The notes under the pieces are model-generated. The model was given only the letters and a program-made list of their open reading frames with translations, made no database searches and was not told the DNA's origin. Of a DNA stretch of 64,000 nt, positions 53,143-62,470 are shown in pieces. The stretch is taken from contig BTQL01000005.1 of assembly GCA_036985855.1 (NCBI GenBank), forward strand, positions 10,136 through 74,135. The letters run 5' to 3'. Source of the DNA: Acidimicrobiia bacterium. Its GTDB lineage: Bacteria > Actinomycetota > Acidimicrobiia > Spongiisociales > UBA5794. The position numbers were made by a program, and so were the translations under genes. Positions within the stretch are counted from its first letter, which is position 1. Every line of letters starts with the position of its first letter.

Positions 53143-53281
53143 GCACCCTCCGTTCAGACGTGTGGCTTGCATCGTCGCTTGTGTGACGGCAACCGTATCA
53201 TCCGGCACTCAGACCTTGGCGACCACATGGGCAACGAATCCGTAGCGGTGCCGGTCGTCCCACTTCACCGGAGATGGAAAC

Positions 53282-54373
53282 ATGGGAATCAAGTGTGGGA
53301 TCGTTGGCCTTCCCAACGTCGGAAAATCCACGCTGTTCAACGCGCTCACCGGTGGCGAGATCCCAGCCGAGAACTACCCGTTCACGACCATAGACCCGAA
53401 CGCCGGAATAGCCACCGTGCCCGACCCTCGACTCGACGCGCTCGCTGCGATCGTGCATCCGGAGCGCATCGTCCCAACGGTGGTCGAGTTCGTCGACATT
53501 GCGGGTCTGGTTTCCGGTGCATCAGAAGGCGAAGGACTCGGAAATCAGTTTCTGAGTCACATTCGCGAAACCGATGCCATTGCGCACGTCGTTCGCTGCT
53601 TCGTGGACGAGAACGTCGTCCACGTCGATGGCAAGGTCGATCCGATCGGCGACATCACCACGATCAATACCGAACTTGCACTCGCAGACCTCGAAACCGT
53701 GACACGCGCGCTCGACAAGCAGGGCCGCAAGGCACGTTCGGGCGACAAGGATGCCGCTGCAAGGGTCCGCGTGTTCGACCGCCTGGAAGAACAGCTCTCA
53801 GAGGGTCTTCCCGTCCGCTTGCTCGCTTTCAACGAAGGAGAGCAGAACGCCGTTCGGGAGCTCTTCCTGCTGACTTCGAAACCAACGATGTACATCGCGA
53901 ACGTCGCTGAGGACGGTCTCGCGGACGATCAGATGGTTGATGCCGTACGGGGGCTTGCTGCTCAGGAGGGTGCTGAAACTGTCGTGATCTCGGGTGCCCT
54001 CGAAGCTGAACTCGCAAGGCTCGGTAGCGAGGATCGAGGCGAAATGCTCACCGAATACGGCCTCGACGGGCCCGGCCTCGACAAGGTGGTCCACGCCGCG
54101 TACACCATGCTTGGACTCCTCACCTTCTTCACAGCAAGTGAGAAAGAAGTGCGGGCCTGGACGGTGAAACAGGGATCAACAGCTCCCCGGTCGGCCGGCG
54201 TCATCCACACCGACTTCGAAAAGGGATTCATCAAGGCAGAGGTCGTCTCCTATGACGACTACGTGCAATACGGCGGCGAAACCGGCGCAAAAGACGTCGG
54301 TAGGTGGCGCATCGAAGGCAAGGACTACATCACAGCCGAGGGCGACGTGATGCACTTTCGATTCAACGTTTGA
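53282..54373 (+). CDS. ychF: Redox-regulated ribosome-binding ATPase YchF
   Basis: 363 aa with G1 motif GLPNVGKST, a coiled-coil insert and a TGS domain. The C-terminus is MHFRFNV. Confidence 0.95.
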   Translation: MGIKCGIVGLPNVGKSTLFNALTGGEIPAENYPFTTIDPNAGIATVPDPRLDALAAIVHPERIVPTVVEFVDIAGLVSGASEGEGLGNQFLSHIRETDAIAHVVRCFVDENVVHVDGKVDPIGDITTINTELALADLETVTRALDKQGRKARSGDKDAAARVRVFDRLEEQLSEGLPVRLLAFNEGEQNAVRELFLLTSKPTMYIANVAEDGLADDQMVDAVRGLAAQEGAETVVISGALEAELARLGSEDRGEMLTEYGLDGPGLDKVVHAAYTMLGLLTFFTASEKEVRAWTVKQGSTAPRSAGVIHTDFEKGFIKAEVVSYDDYVQYGGETGAKDVGRWRIEGKDYITAEGDVMHFRFNV

Positions 54374-54543
54374 AGGGATTCAGATTCTGGCGCCGGATTC
54401 CCGGTCGCCGGAGGTAAGCACCCGGATCTCGCGGTGGTCTTCGACACGCAGGGTTGTGCGCTGGTATCGTCGTATCGGGGTGACCGGATCGAGTAACGAC
54501 ATGCTCTTGCACGCACTGGTCGGGGTCGAGTGAGAGGATCGCC

Positions 54544-54906
54544 ATGCTCTTGACCATCATGCGGCTGCAGGTCGCCGTCACCGGAATCTACGGAATCAGT
54601 TTCTTCTTCGCTCCCGACTTCACTCTTGACACGATTTTTGGCTGGGAGACGACAACATCTATCGCGCGCGCAGTTGGTGCGGCGTTCATCGTGCTGGCAT
54701 GGATCGAGCTCAATGTCACGAAGAAGCTGTCCGAGCGTCTCGACCTGGTATGGCCATTCGCCGCCCTCCCTGCTCTACTCCTTGTCGGCTTCCTATGGGA
54801 GCAAGCTGCAGATACCTATGACGGAAGCGATCTGTTCTTCTGGGTCACCGTTGTAGTGACGCTGTTCTTCGCGATCGGAATCACCGTCGGCGCCCGAAAG
54901 GTCTAA
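54544..54906 (+). CDS. Hypothetical membrane protein (4 predicted TM helices)
   Basis: 120 aa with four hydrophobic segments. I recognise no motif. Confidence 0.45.
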   Translation: MLLTIMRLQVAVTGIYGISFFFAPDFTLDTIFGWETTTSIARAVGAAFIVLAWIELNVTKKLSERLDLVWPFAALPALLLVGFLWEQAADTYDGSDLFFWVTVVVTLFFAIGITVGARKV

Positions 54907-54973
54907 CAACCTACGTCGACCTCTGCGACCACATGTCGTCCTTCAGATCGGATCCGTCGACCAGAATGGTGTC

Positions 54974-55765
54974 ATGCATGCGTGGAAATTCCTGAGACCG
55001 CCTCTTGCAGTCGGTACCCTGCTCGCCGGCCAGATGGCGCGCGCTATCTTTCGCGACGACCTTCCTTCGCTCACCAACCAGGATCCCTCTGGTGTCTTCG
55101 GGGACCCCGAAATGTCCCCTCTGCGACTCGTGTTCCTCGGAGACAGTTCGGTGACGTCCCCAGGTGTTGAGCCGCTGGACCACTCGTGGCCTCGCCAGAT
55201 GGCATTCCATATTGCGGAAAGGTATCGGGTCGAAGCGATCAGCGTTGCCGTCGGTGGTTCGAAAGTCCGTGACGTGGTCGATGAACAGGTCGATGCCGCC
55301 CTCGCAGTCCGACCGGATATCGCCTATGTCGTGGTCGGCTCCAATGACGCCTTGCGCGGCACACCCGTCGCCCGGTTTGAGTCTGACTTCGACGAAATCG
55401 TGGCTCGACTGCACGAATCGGTTCCCGCCATCGGCCTTTCGGGGATAGGAGATCTGGGAACGATCCCGAGACTACCGGAGCTGGTCCAAGGCGTAGCGCG
55501 CGTGAGGGGTCGTTCAATCGACCGAGCGGTCGCACGCGTCGCAGCCCGATACCCGCGGACGGTCAAGTCGAACGCGTGGGACGTGATGGCAACGTTCGCA
55601 CAGAGTCCAGAGCTCTTTGCAGGAGACCTCTTTCACGCGTCCGCAGAGGGGCACCTCGCATTTGCGAGGGTCGGGGCACCGATGGCGGATCGGCTGATAG
55701 AAATGCTCGAGGAGTTCAGGGAACAGAACCCAGAACGCCCACACCACCAGGACGCTGTTGATTGA
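54974..55765 (+). CDS. SGNH/GDSL-family hydrolase
   Basis: Block I FLGDSS, block III VVGSNDA, and a C-terminal D..H region (DLFHAS). Confidence 0.7.
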   Translation: MHAWKFLRPPLAVGTLLAGQMARAIFRDDLPSLTNQDPSGVFGDPEMSPLRLVFLGDSSVTSPGVEPLDHSWPRQMAFHIAERYRVEAISVAVGGSKVRDVVDEQVDAALAVRPDIAYVVVGSNDALRGTPVARFESDFDEIVARLHESVPAIGLSGIGDLGTIPRLPELVQGVARVRGRSIDRAVARVAARYPRTVKSNAWDVMATFAQSPELFAGDLFHASAEGHLAFARVGAPMADRLIEMLEEFREQNPERPHHQDAVD

Positions 55766-55880
55766 TTCGTTGGATTTGGTGCTCGCGTTCGGGACTGTCG
55801 GGGATTCGGTGCTGTCGGGGGTATAACACGGAACAGGCAAGCAGTCACACGAACAATGAACCGCCGTGCGCAGCAGCGAG

Positions 55881-56567
55881 CTACGGCCGTCGGGCGAGGA
55901 AGTGAAGGATCATGGAGGACACGGTGCCGATGGCACCCGTGTTCGCACCCTCGGGGATGATGAGATCTGCGTACCGCTTGGACGGTTCGACGAATTGGTA
56001 GTGCATTGGTCGCACCGTCTTTTGGTACTGCTCGAGCACGGATTCGATAGATCGGCCTCGCTCAACGATGTCTCGTTGGATCCTGCGCATGAGCCTCACA
56101 TCGGCCTCTGTGTCTATATAGACACGCACATCGAAACGCTCACGCAATGCTGGATCGGCGAATAGAAGGATCCCTTCGACGATCACAGCGGGCTCGGGGA
56201 GCAATGTGTAGGTCTCCGCTGTCCGGGTATGGTTCTCGAAGTCATACACAGGCCGTTCGATCGGCTGCCCGTTCCTGAGAGCGTCAAGGTGCTCGACAAG
56301 CAATTCGAGTTCGAGCGAGTCCGGGTGGTCGTAGTTGATCTTGGCTCGCTCATCGAAGTCGAGATGCGACTGATCCCTGTAATAGGCGTCCTGTTGGAGG
56401 TAGACCACCTTGTCGCGGCCGACAAGATCGACAACGGACCGAGCGATGGTCGTCTTTCCCGATCCGGATCCTCCGGCAATTGCGATAAAGAGCGGCCGCC
56501 AATCACCCTCGACGGGTCCGAATTGGTGCTCGGCGACGAACTCTGAAAAATCGAGCGTCATGATCAT
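55881..56567 (-). CDS. udk: Uridine kinase
   Basis: Has P-loop IAGGSGSGKTT, QDAYYRD and NYDHPDS motifs. Confidence 0.9.
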   Translation of the reverse strand: MIMTLDFSEFVAEHQFGPVEGDWRPLFIAIAGGSGSGKTTIARSVVDLVGRDKVVYLQQDAYYRDQSHLDFDERAKINYDHPDSLELELLVEHLDALRNGQPIERPVYDFENHTRTAETYTLLPEPAVIVEGILLFADPALRERFDVRVYIDTEADVRLMRRIQRDIVERGRSIESVLEQYQKTVRPMHYQFVEPSKRYADLIIPEGANTGAIGTVSSMILHFLARRP

Positions 56568-56596
56568 GAACGCTAGTCACCACGGACGACTTGTAC

Positions 56597-57367
56597 CTAC
56601 CAGGGCCGCCTGAGAGTGACGTCGCCGCTGTAGGACTTCACCCTGAGCGACAACCAGTGTTTCTTCTCCACATCTGATGGCTTGATACGGTTCCGGAGTT
56701 CACCCGACATCGTCGTGATCTTCGCGTCGACTGTCATGCCCGGAGCGAGTCCGATCATCACGTCGCCACTCATCGTGGTGACATCGATCTCCGAACCACT
56801 GAAATCATGAAGCTTCAGGTCCCCCGACGCCGATTTGATCCTCGCCACACCTGAGACCGCCCCCAGGTCGACCGAGCCCGAAGCCGTAGCGATGGTGACA
56901 TCTGTGGTTTTCTGAATGTGAATGTCACCGCTTGCCGACGTCACGTTCACTTCCTGCGTCGTGTCGAGAATCGTCACATCTCCGGAGGCCACCTTCACCC
57001 TGACCTCGCCGACACACTCGTCGATGGTGACATCCCCAGCACCCGTGTGCACATCCACAGATGCAAGCGGAACCCGTACGACGACATCTCCTGATCCGAG
57101 GCTCACACGGATCGACCCGCCGGGCGGCGCGGTGATCAACACGTCCATCGATCGGGAGAACCACCGTTGCCGCTGTGACCTGGACCGGACCGAAACGGTA
57201 TCGACGCTTGCATCGACCGCCGTGAGATCCACAGTCTCGGTGTGCCCGGAAAGCGCCACCGTGACCGTATTTCCTTCCGAACGTCGAATGATCACATCAC
57301 CGGATCGAATCGACACATCGATACGCGTCGGTCCTGAGACTGCGAAGGACTCCGTACGATCGCTCAC
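56597..57367 (-). CDS. DUF4097-like beta-strand repeat protein (LiaG-type putative adhesin fold)
   Basis: 256 aa built from reiterated SGDV(x)I / ASGD(x) beta-strand units (more than 10 copies visible). It overlaps the upstream RHH gene by 4 nt. Confidence 0.6.
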   Translation of the reverse strand: MSDRTESFAVSGPTRIDVSIRSGDVIIRRSEGNTVTVALSGHTETVDLTAVDASVDTVSVRSRSQRQRWFSRSMDVLITAPPGGSIRVSLGSGDVVVRVPLASVDVHTGAGDVTIDECVGEVRVKVASGDVTILDTTQEVNVTSASGDIHIQKTTDVTIATASGSVDLGAVSGVARIKSASGDLKLHDFSGSEIDVTTMSGDVMIGLAPGMTVDAKITTMSGELRNRIKPSDVEKKHWLSLRVKSYSGDVTLRRPW

Positions 57368-57813
57368 GTCTCGATCGTCCCTTCGAACGTCGACCGAGAC
57401 GACCGCTTCAGTGCCTGCGCGGATCCCGCGAGGGCCTTCACCACGAACGTGTTCACGGAATCACCCAGTGCAGATGCCGCCAGCTCGAGATCGTCTTTGA
57501 GGTCTTCAGGAAGACGAACGGTCATCCGGGCATCGAGATCCTCAGTATTGATCGCCACGGAATCTCCGGTCCGCCTCACGACGAGGGTCGGCTGTCCGTC
57601 CGACAGCACAACATCAACCGTCTTGTCCGGAAGCTGGGCGGCGACCTCCGCCGCAGCCTGCTCCGCGAGCGTGGATGCCGCCTGGCGCAGTGCGGGTTCG
57701 AGCGCGATGAGCACGGCTTCTCCCGCCGCAGCAACCGCGGGATCGTCACCTGCGATTCGCAGCTGTCCCTCAGCGATTCGTCGAACTTGTTGCACGACAC
57801 TCTCAATGTCCAC
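57364..57813 (-). CDS. Ribbon-helix-helix (Arc/CopG/HicB-like) domain protein
   Basis: The GTG start is preceded by GGAGACGAAA. The C-terminal RMTVRLPEDLKDDLELAASALGDSVNTFVVKAL fits an RHH strand-helix-helix. The upstream 48 codons of the track ORF are Arg-rich and out of the likely coding frame. Confidence 0.55.
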   Translation of the reverse strand: MDIESVVQQVRRIAEGQLRIAGDDPAVAAAGEAVLIALEPALRQAASTLAEQAAAEVAAQLPDKTVDVVLSDGQPTLVVRRTGDSVAINTEDLDARMTVRLPEDLKDDLELAASALGDSVNTFVVKALAGSAQALKRSSRSTFEGTIET

Positions 57814-57836
57814 TTTCGTCTCCGTTCGTTTCTGTT

Positions 57837-57962
57837 CTAGCGGTCTGCGTCTTGCGATTGAGATCGGACCAGCCGCATGAGCCGGTTGCCTTCGTCGATC
57901 ATGGAACCACAGCGTCCGTCGTGGATGGCCATGACACCTTCGGGGTTGTTGTACCACAACAT
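57837..57962 (-). CDS. Candidate small ORF (41 aa) leading the RHH/DUF4097 operon
   Basis: GAAGGAGGAGACAG precedes the ATG at 57962. The translation is MLWYNNPEGVMAIHDGRCGSMIDEGNRLMRLVRSQSQDADR, and third codon positions are mostly G/C. It is below the track size cutoff. Confidence 0.3.
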   Translation of the reverse strand: MLWYNNPEGVMAIHDGRCGSMIDEGNRLMRLVRSQSQDADR

Positions 57963-57995
57963 CTGTCTCCTCCTTCTAGTTGGTGTCGTAGTGTA

Positions 57996-58030
57996 GTCAT
58001 TATATTGTCATATCGACGTCATATTGTCAA
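57996..58030. repeat. AT-rich segment with phased GTCAT/GTCAA pentamers (starts 57996, 58007, 58018, 58026) and direct repeat ATATTGTCA x2
   Basis: Read directly from the sequence. It lies in the divergent region between the sORF/RHH operon and the TPP riboswitch. Confidence 0.6.
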
Positions 58031-58064
58031 GTACCCATTCTGCGCCGACAGAGGTATCATGAGA

Positions 58065-58176
58065 ACACAACCACACCGGGGAGCTCGGAACGACCGGGCT
58101 GAGAGGGTGGCCTTGCGCCGCACGGCCACCGACCCGCTGAACCTGAGCTGGGTAATGCCAGCGGAGGGAGGGGTGG
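58065..58176 (+). promoter_or_regulatory. TPP (THI-box) riboswitch
   Basis: Conserved blocks CCGGGGAGC, GGCTGAGA and ACCCGCTGAACCTGAGCTGGGTAATGCCAGCGGAGGGA match the THI element consensus. Its 3' end overlaps the Shine-Dalgarno region of the downstream gene. Confidence 0.9.
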
Positions 58177-58177
58177 C

Positions 58178-58828
58178 ATGACCACATCACGGACCAGGGC
58201 GGTCATCCTCGCTGGTGGGGACATGAATACCGAAACACGCGTGTCGGGTACCGATCTCGTGATCGCAGCCGACTCCGGTTACCAGCACGCAATGGATCAT
58301 TCGATCCCGGTCGACATGCTCGTCGGCGATCTCGACTCGATCTCAGAGACCGCACTGGCTCATGCCACGGGCGATGGTGTGACGATCGTGAAACATCCGG
58401 AGGACAAGGACGAAACCGATCTCGAACTCGCGCTTCGGACGGCCGTTGGGCACGGCGCAACCACGATCGACATACACGGTGGCGAAGGTGGACGCCTGGG
58501 ACATCTGCTCGGTGTTGCGCTCTCGATCGCTCATCCCGACTGGGTATATCTCGACATCATCTGGCATACGTCGGCAGGGATCGTTCGCATAGCAAGTCCG
58601 GAACGCAGCGTCCGGATCGTCGCCCCGATCGGGCAACTCATGACGCTGCTCCCCATCGGTGACGCCACCGGAGTCACCACGACAGGGTTGCGATGGCCAC
58701 TCGACGACGCAACCCTGGTCCGCGGGACGTCACGGGGTGTCAGTAACGAGTCGGTTGCCGAGCAGATCGTCATCGAAGTCGCCGGTGGGACCGTCCTCGT
58801 GATCCAGGAGGGGCCACAGGCAACATGA
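58178..58828 (+). CDS. Thiamine pyrophosphokinase (thiamine diphosphokinase)
   Basis: 216 aa with IAADSG, the GDLDS motif and KDETD. It lies directly behind the TPP riboswitch. Confidence 0.8.
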   Translation: MTTSRTRAVILAGGDMNTETRVSGTDLVIAADSGYQHAMDHSIPVDMLVGDLDSISETALAHATGDGVTIVKHPEDKDETDLELALRTAVGHGATTIDIHGGEGGRLGHLLGVALSIAHPDWVYLDIIWHTSAGIVRIASPERSVRIVAPIGQLMTLLPIGDATGVTTTGLRWPLDDATLVRGTSRGVSNESVAEQIVIEVAGGTVLVIQEGPQAT

Positions 58829-59865
58829 ATCACACCGTGACACGAATTGCCTCTGTACTGCTCGCCACGCTCGTGGTCGCCGCAGGTTGTTCTTCTCGAT
58901 CAGGACCGGAGGAGATCGTGCTTCTCACACACGAGTCGTTCGCTCTGAGCGAGGGCGTGCTCGAGACATTCACAGAACAGACAGGAATAGTCGTCAAAGT
59001 ACAGACTTCGGGCGATGCGGGCACGATGGTCAACCAGGCGATCCTGACGAAGGACAACCCCATCGCCGACGTCGTGTACGGCGTCGACAACACGTTCCTG
59101 TCCAGGGCCGTGAACGCAGGATTGTTCGTACCGTACACGGCGAACGGGATAGAGAGCGTCAGCAGCCTTTTGCGCGTCGATGGCGATCCTGCGACACCCA
59201 TCGACTTCGGTGACGTGTGTGTCAACTACGACATCGAAGGCCTCGCCGCCCTGGGTATACCACCTCCAACAGACCTCGAGGATCTGATCGACCCTCAGTA
59301 CAATGGACTCCTGGTCGTCGAGGATCCCGCCACCTCGTCCCCCGGTCTTGCATTCCTCATGGCAACGATCGCCGCGTACCCCGATGGCGCAGAATACGAC
59401 TGGAAGGCATACTGGACGGACCTGTTCGACAACGGCGCTGTGATCGCTACGAGTTGGTCCGAGGCCTACTACACACGATTCACCAGGGCCGGTGGAGAGC
59501 AACCGCTCGTCGTGTCATACGCATCGTCTCCACCCGCAGAAGTCCTCTTCGGTGAACTCTCTGAGGCACCGACTGGAGTCATGACCGAGGGCTGTTTCAA
59601 GCAGATCGAGTACGCAGGCATCCTCAGTGGCACCGAACGCGAGTCGGCAGCGCGCCAACTCATCGACTTCCTGCTGTCTCTGACGGTGCAGGAAGACATT
59701 CCGCTCAACATGTTCGTGTACCCGGCCAACCAGAATGCTGTTCTTCCCCAGGTATTCGCCGACTACACGACCTTCCCCGACGAGTCCGTTGTGATGGAGC
59801 CGGGAACGATCGAACAGAACCGCGAACGATGGATTGAGGAATGGACGGCGATCGCTCGCTCATAA
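58825..59865 (+). CDS. thiB: ABC transporter substrate-binding lipoprotein, thiamine (ThiB/TbpA-like)
   Basis: Lipobox VAAGC and an ThiB/iron(III)-type periplasmic-binding fold. The substrate is assigned from the riboswitch and operon context. Confidence 0.7.
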   Translation: MNHTVTRIASVLLATLVVAAGCSSRSGPEEIVLLTHESFALSEGVLETFTEQTGIVVKVQTSGDAGTMVNQAILTKDNPIADVVYGVDNTFLSRAVNAGLFVPYTANGIESVSSLLRVDGDPATPIDFGDVCVNYDIEGLAALGIPPPTDLEDLIDPQYNGLLVVEDPATSSPGLAFLMATIAAYPDGAEYDWKAYWTDLFDNGAVIATSWSEAYYTRFTRAGGEQPLVVSYASSPPAEVLFGELSEAPTGVMTEGCFKQIEYAGILSGTERESAARQLIDFLLSLTVQEDIPLNMFVYPANQNAVLPQVFADYTTFPDESVVMEPGTIEQNRERWIEEWTAIARS

Positions 59866-61496
59866 CGCGCAGTCCCTTCGGGCGTTTCGGTACCGCAGCG
59901 CTGGTCGTGGTCCCGACGCTCTTTCTCTCGTACTTCTTCCTCTACCCGGTCATCGTCATCACCGTTCGTGGCCTCACACCGGAAGGCGCATTCAATCCCG
60001 CCGTCTTCTTCGATGTCCTCTCGGATTCGACGCTGCAAGGCATTGCGGCTTTCACTCTTTGGCAGGCCGTGCTCTCCACACTGCTGACGGTGATCGCCGG
60101 TCTGCCCGCAGCATGGGTCTTCGCACGGTTCGACTTCCCAGGCAAGTCGCTCATGCGCGCCGCAACGCTTGTTCCGTTCGTCCTGCCGACGCTCGTCGTG
60201 GCTACGGCCTTCCTCGTACTCATCGGCCCGAAGGGCGTCACGGGCATCGACCTCACGGGGACGTTGTGGATAATCCTCATCGCCCACGTGTTCTACAACT
60301 ACGCTATCGTCGTTCGCGGTGTCGGGGCGTATTGGGAACGCATAGATCCCTCACTGGAGGACGCTGCGAGAAACCTCGGAGCGTCGAGACTCCAGACATT
60401 CCGCACCGTGACACTCCCCCTCCTCCGGCCCGCGATCGCATCGACGAGCGCTCTCGTCTTTCTGTTCTCTTTCACGTCGTTTGGAGTTGTGCTCCTTCTC
60501 GGAGACATCAATCACTCAACGATCGAAGTTGAGATCTGGAGACAGACAACGGCATACCTTCGTCTCGATGTCGCATCGACCCTCGCGGTTCTCCAACTCG
60601 TCGGAGTCGGCGTGATCCTGATGATGTACGGGCGCTACCAGCAGCGCACAACCGTCCAGTTCGCTCACAGGGCGATCCAACCACCTCGACCCAGCTCGAC
60701 ATCCGACCGCCTGGCCGTCGGAACCGTCCTGACAGGTACCGCGCTACTGCTCGGTTTGCCGCTTGGAATCCTCATCGGACGCTCATTCATGAATCCGAAT
60801 GGTGGCATCGGGCTTGCCAATTACGCCAACCTGTTCAGTCTCCCAAACCAGAGTGCAACGTTCGTGGAGCCTTTCGAGGCAATCGCGAACTCACTCGGCT
60901 TTGCGTTGGTTGCCTCAGTGGTGGCGCTACTCATCGGTGTCATGGCAAGTGGAGCACTTTCGTACTCCCGAGGGCGCATGTCCAGAGTCTTCGATCTGTT
61001 CGTGATGCTTCCGCTTGGCACATCAGCGGTGACCATCGGATTCGGGTTCCTGGTCGCTCTCTTCTGGCCGATCGATATCCGCACCTCGGTGATGCTCATT
61101 CCGATAGCCCATGCACTTGTTGCGATACCGTTCGTCGTCAGGACAACAAGCCCATCGATGGGCAGCGTTCAGCACCGCCTCCGCGAGGCCGCGGCAACAC
61201 TCGGTGCGACACCAGCGAAGGCATGGTGGACTATCGACCTGAGACTCGTGGCGCGCTCGATCGCGGTCGGTGCCGCGTTCGCGTTTGCCATCTCTATGGG
61301 CGAATTCGGCGCTACCGCCTTCATCACTCGGCCGGATACGCCTACGATCCCAATCGCGATCTTCCGCCTGCTGGGACGTCCCGGATCGACGCCGTTTGGC
61401 GCCGCTCTGGCACTCAGCGTCATACTGATGTTCATCACGGGAGTCGCCGTGTTCGCGATCGACTCCCTGCGGGCGCCAACTGCGGGTGAGTTTTGA
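59841..61496 (+). CDS. thiP: ABC transporter permease, duplicated (two MetI-like domains), ThiP-like
   Basis: 551 aa with 12 predicted TM helices and two EAA-loop regions (EDAARNLGAS and REAAATLGAT). Confidence 0.8.
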   Translation: MDGDRSLITRSPFGRFGTAALVVVPTLFLSYFFLYPVIVITVRGLTPEGAFNPAVFFDVLSDSTLQGIAAFTLWQAVLSTLLTVIAGLPAAWVFARFDFPGKSLMRAATLVPFVLPTLVVATAFLVLIGPKGVTGIDLTGTLWIILIAHVFYNYAIVVRGVGAYWERIDPSLEDAARNLGASRLQTFRTVTLPLLRPAIASTSALVFLFSFTSFGVVLLLGDINHSTIEVEIWRQTTAYLRLDVASTLAVLQLVGVGVILMMYGRYQQRTTVQFAHRAIQPPRPSSTSDRLAVGTVLTGTALLLGLPLGILIGRSFMNPNGGIGLANYANLFSLPNQSATFVEPFEAIANSLGFALVASVVALLIGVMASGALSYSRGRMSRVFDLFVMLPLGTSAVTIGFGFLVALFWPIDIRTSVMLIPIAHALVAIPFVVRTTSPSMGSVQHRLREAAATLGATPAKAWWTIDLRLVARSIAVGAAFAFAISMGEFGATAFITRPDTPTIPIAIFRLLGRPGSTPFGAALALSVILMFITGVAVFAIDSLRAPTAGEF

Positions 61497-62470
61497 GCCT
61501 CGCCGTCCGCGACCTGACCGTGAAATACGACGCCACGTCCGTCCTTGTTGGCATCGATCTCTCCGTTGAGACCGGTGAGCGCTTTGCGATCATGGGTCCA
61601 TCTGGATCTGGCAAGAGCACACTGCTGAGAGCCATTGCCGGGCTCATCGACATCGACTCTGGAACCATCGCAATCGATGACACGGACGTGGCGAAGACGC
61701 CGGCACACCGCCGATCGGTGGGGCTGATGTTCCAGGACTACGCATTGTTCCCGCACATGACCGTCGCACAAAACGTCGGCTATGGACTTCGCATGTCCGG
61801 AGTCGCGAAGCAGCAGCGCACCGCCAGAAGCCTCGAATTGCTCGAACTTGTCGGTCTCGGCGGCTTCCAAGACCGGGAGCCGACCACGCTGAGCGGAGGC
61901 GAACAGCAGCGGGTCGCCCTCGCGAGGACGCTCGCCCCATCACCGTCGATCGTGCTGCTCGATGAACCGCTCGCGTCTCTCGACGTCTCACTCAGAGTGT
62001 CCCTTCTCGCCGAGACGAGATCGATACTCGACGAAGTCGGTGCGACGAGCATCTATGTAACCCATGACAAGGCAGAGGCATTCGCCTTCTGCGATCGAAT
62101 GGCAATACTCGACACAGGCAGGCTCGTACGCATCGGAACTCCCGACGAGATCTGGCGTAACCCTCGGTCCGAGTTCGTTGCCCGTTCGGTTGGGCAGATG
62201 AACCTCATACCGATCGGATGGATCGATCGATCACGATCCGGACTCTGTTTCGTGCCTTTTGACGCAATCACGGTTCAGTCGGACGGACGGTTTGCAGGAA
62301 CCGTGGTGACATCTCGGTTCACGGATGGCGAATACGTGACTCGGTTACGGTTGCTCGACGAAGAGACCACTATGGAGGTGCGTACGCACCAGACCCTTCA
62401 ACCCGGGACCGAATTGCGATTCGACGTCGAAGCGGATGCCGTCATCGTCGTGTCAACCGACCAGCTCTGA
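61493..62470 (+). CDS. thiQ: ABC transporter ATP-binding protein (ThiQ/FbpC-like, with C-terminal TOBE-like domain)
   Basis: Has Walker A GPSGSGKST, signature LSGGEQQR and Walker B VLLDEP. Confidence 0.8.
   Translation: MSLAVRDLTVKYDATSVLVGIDLSVETGERFAIMGPSGSGKSTLLRAIAGLIDIDSGTIAIDDTDVAKTPAHRRSVGLMFQDYALFPHMTVAQNVGYGLRMSGVAKQQRTARSLELLELVGLGGFQDREPTTLSGGEQQRVALARTLAPSPSIVLLDEPLASLDVSLRVSLLAETRSILDEVGATSIYVTHDKAEAFAFCDRMAILDTGRLVRIGTPDEIWRNPRSEFVARSVGQMNLIPIGWIDRSRSGLCFVPFDAITVQSDGRFAGTVVTSRFTDGEYVTRLRLLDEETTMEVRTHQTLQPGTELRFDVEADAVIVVSTDQL

Noticed and set aside
52570-53910. 446-aa plus-strand ORF
   Set aside because: It is extremely Arg-rich, runs antisense through the crotonase gene and then out of frame through ychF. 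Both of those genes have strong motif support.
54501-54533. 10-codon mini-ORF (ATGCTCTTGCAC...) repeating the first 9 nt of the downstream membrane-protein gene (ATGCTCTTGACC at 54544)
   Set aside because: It has no Shine-Dalgarno sequence, and the 9-nt identity could be coincidental. There is not enough evidence for a uORF or leader peptide.
55766-55880. Imperfect direct repeats (GGTGCT..TGTCGGGG twice) between the convergent SGNH hydrolase and udk genes
   Set aside because: The copies are short and degenerate, with no hairpin or recognisable motif. This is probably just 3' intergenic sequence.
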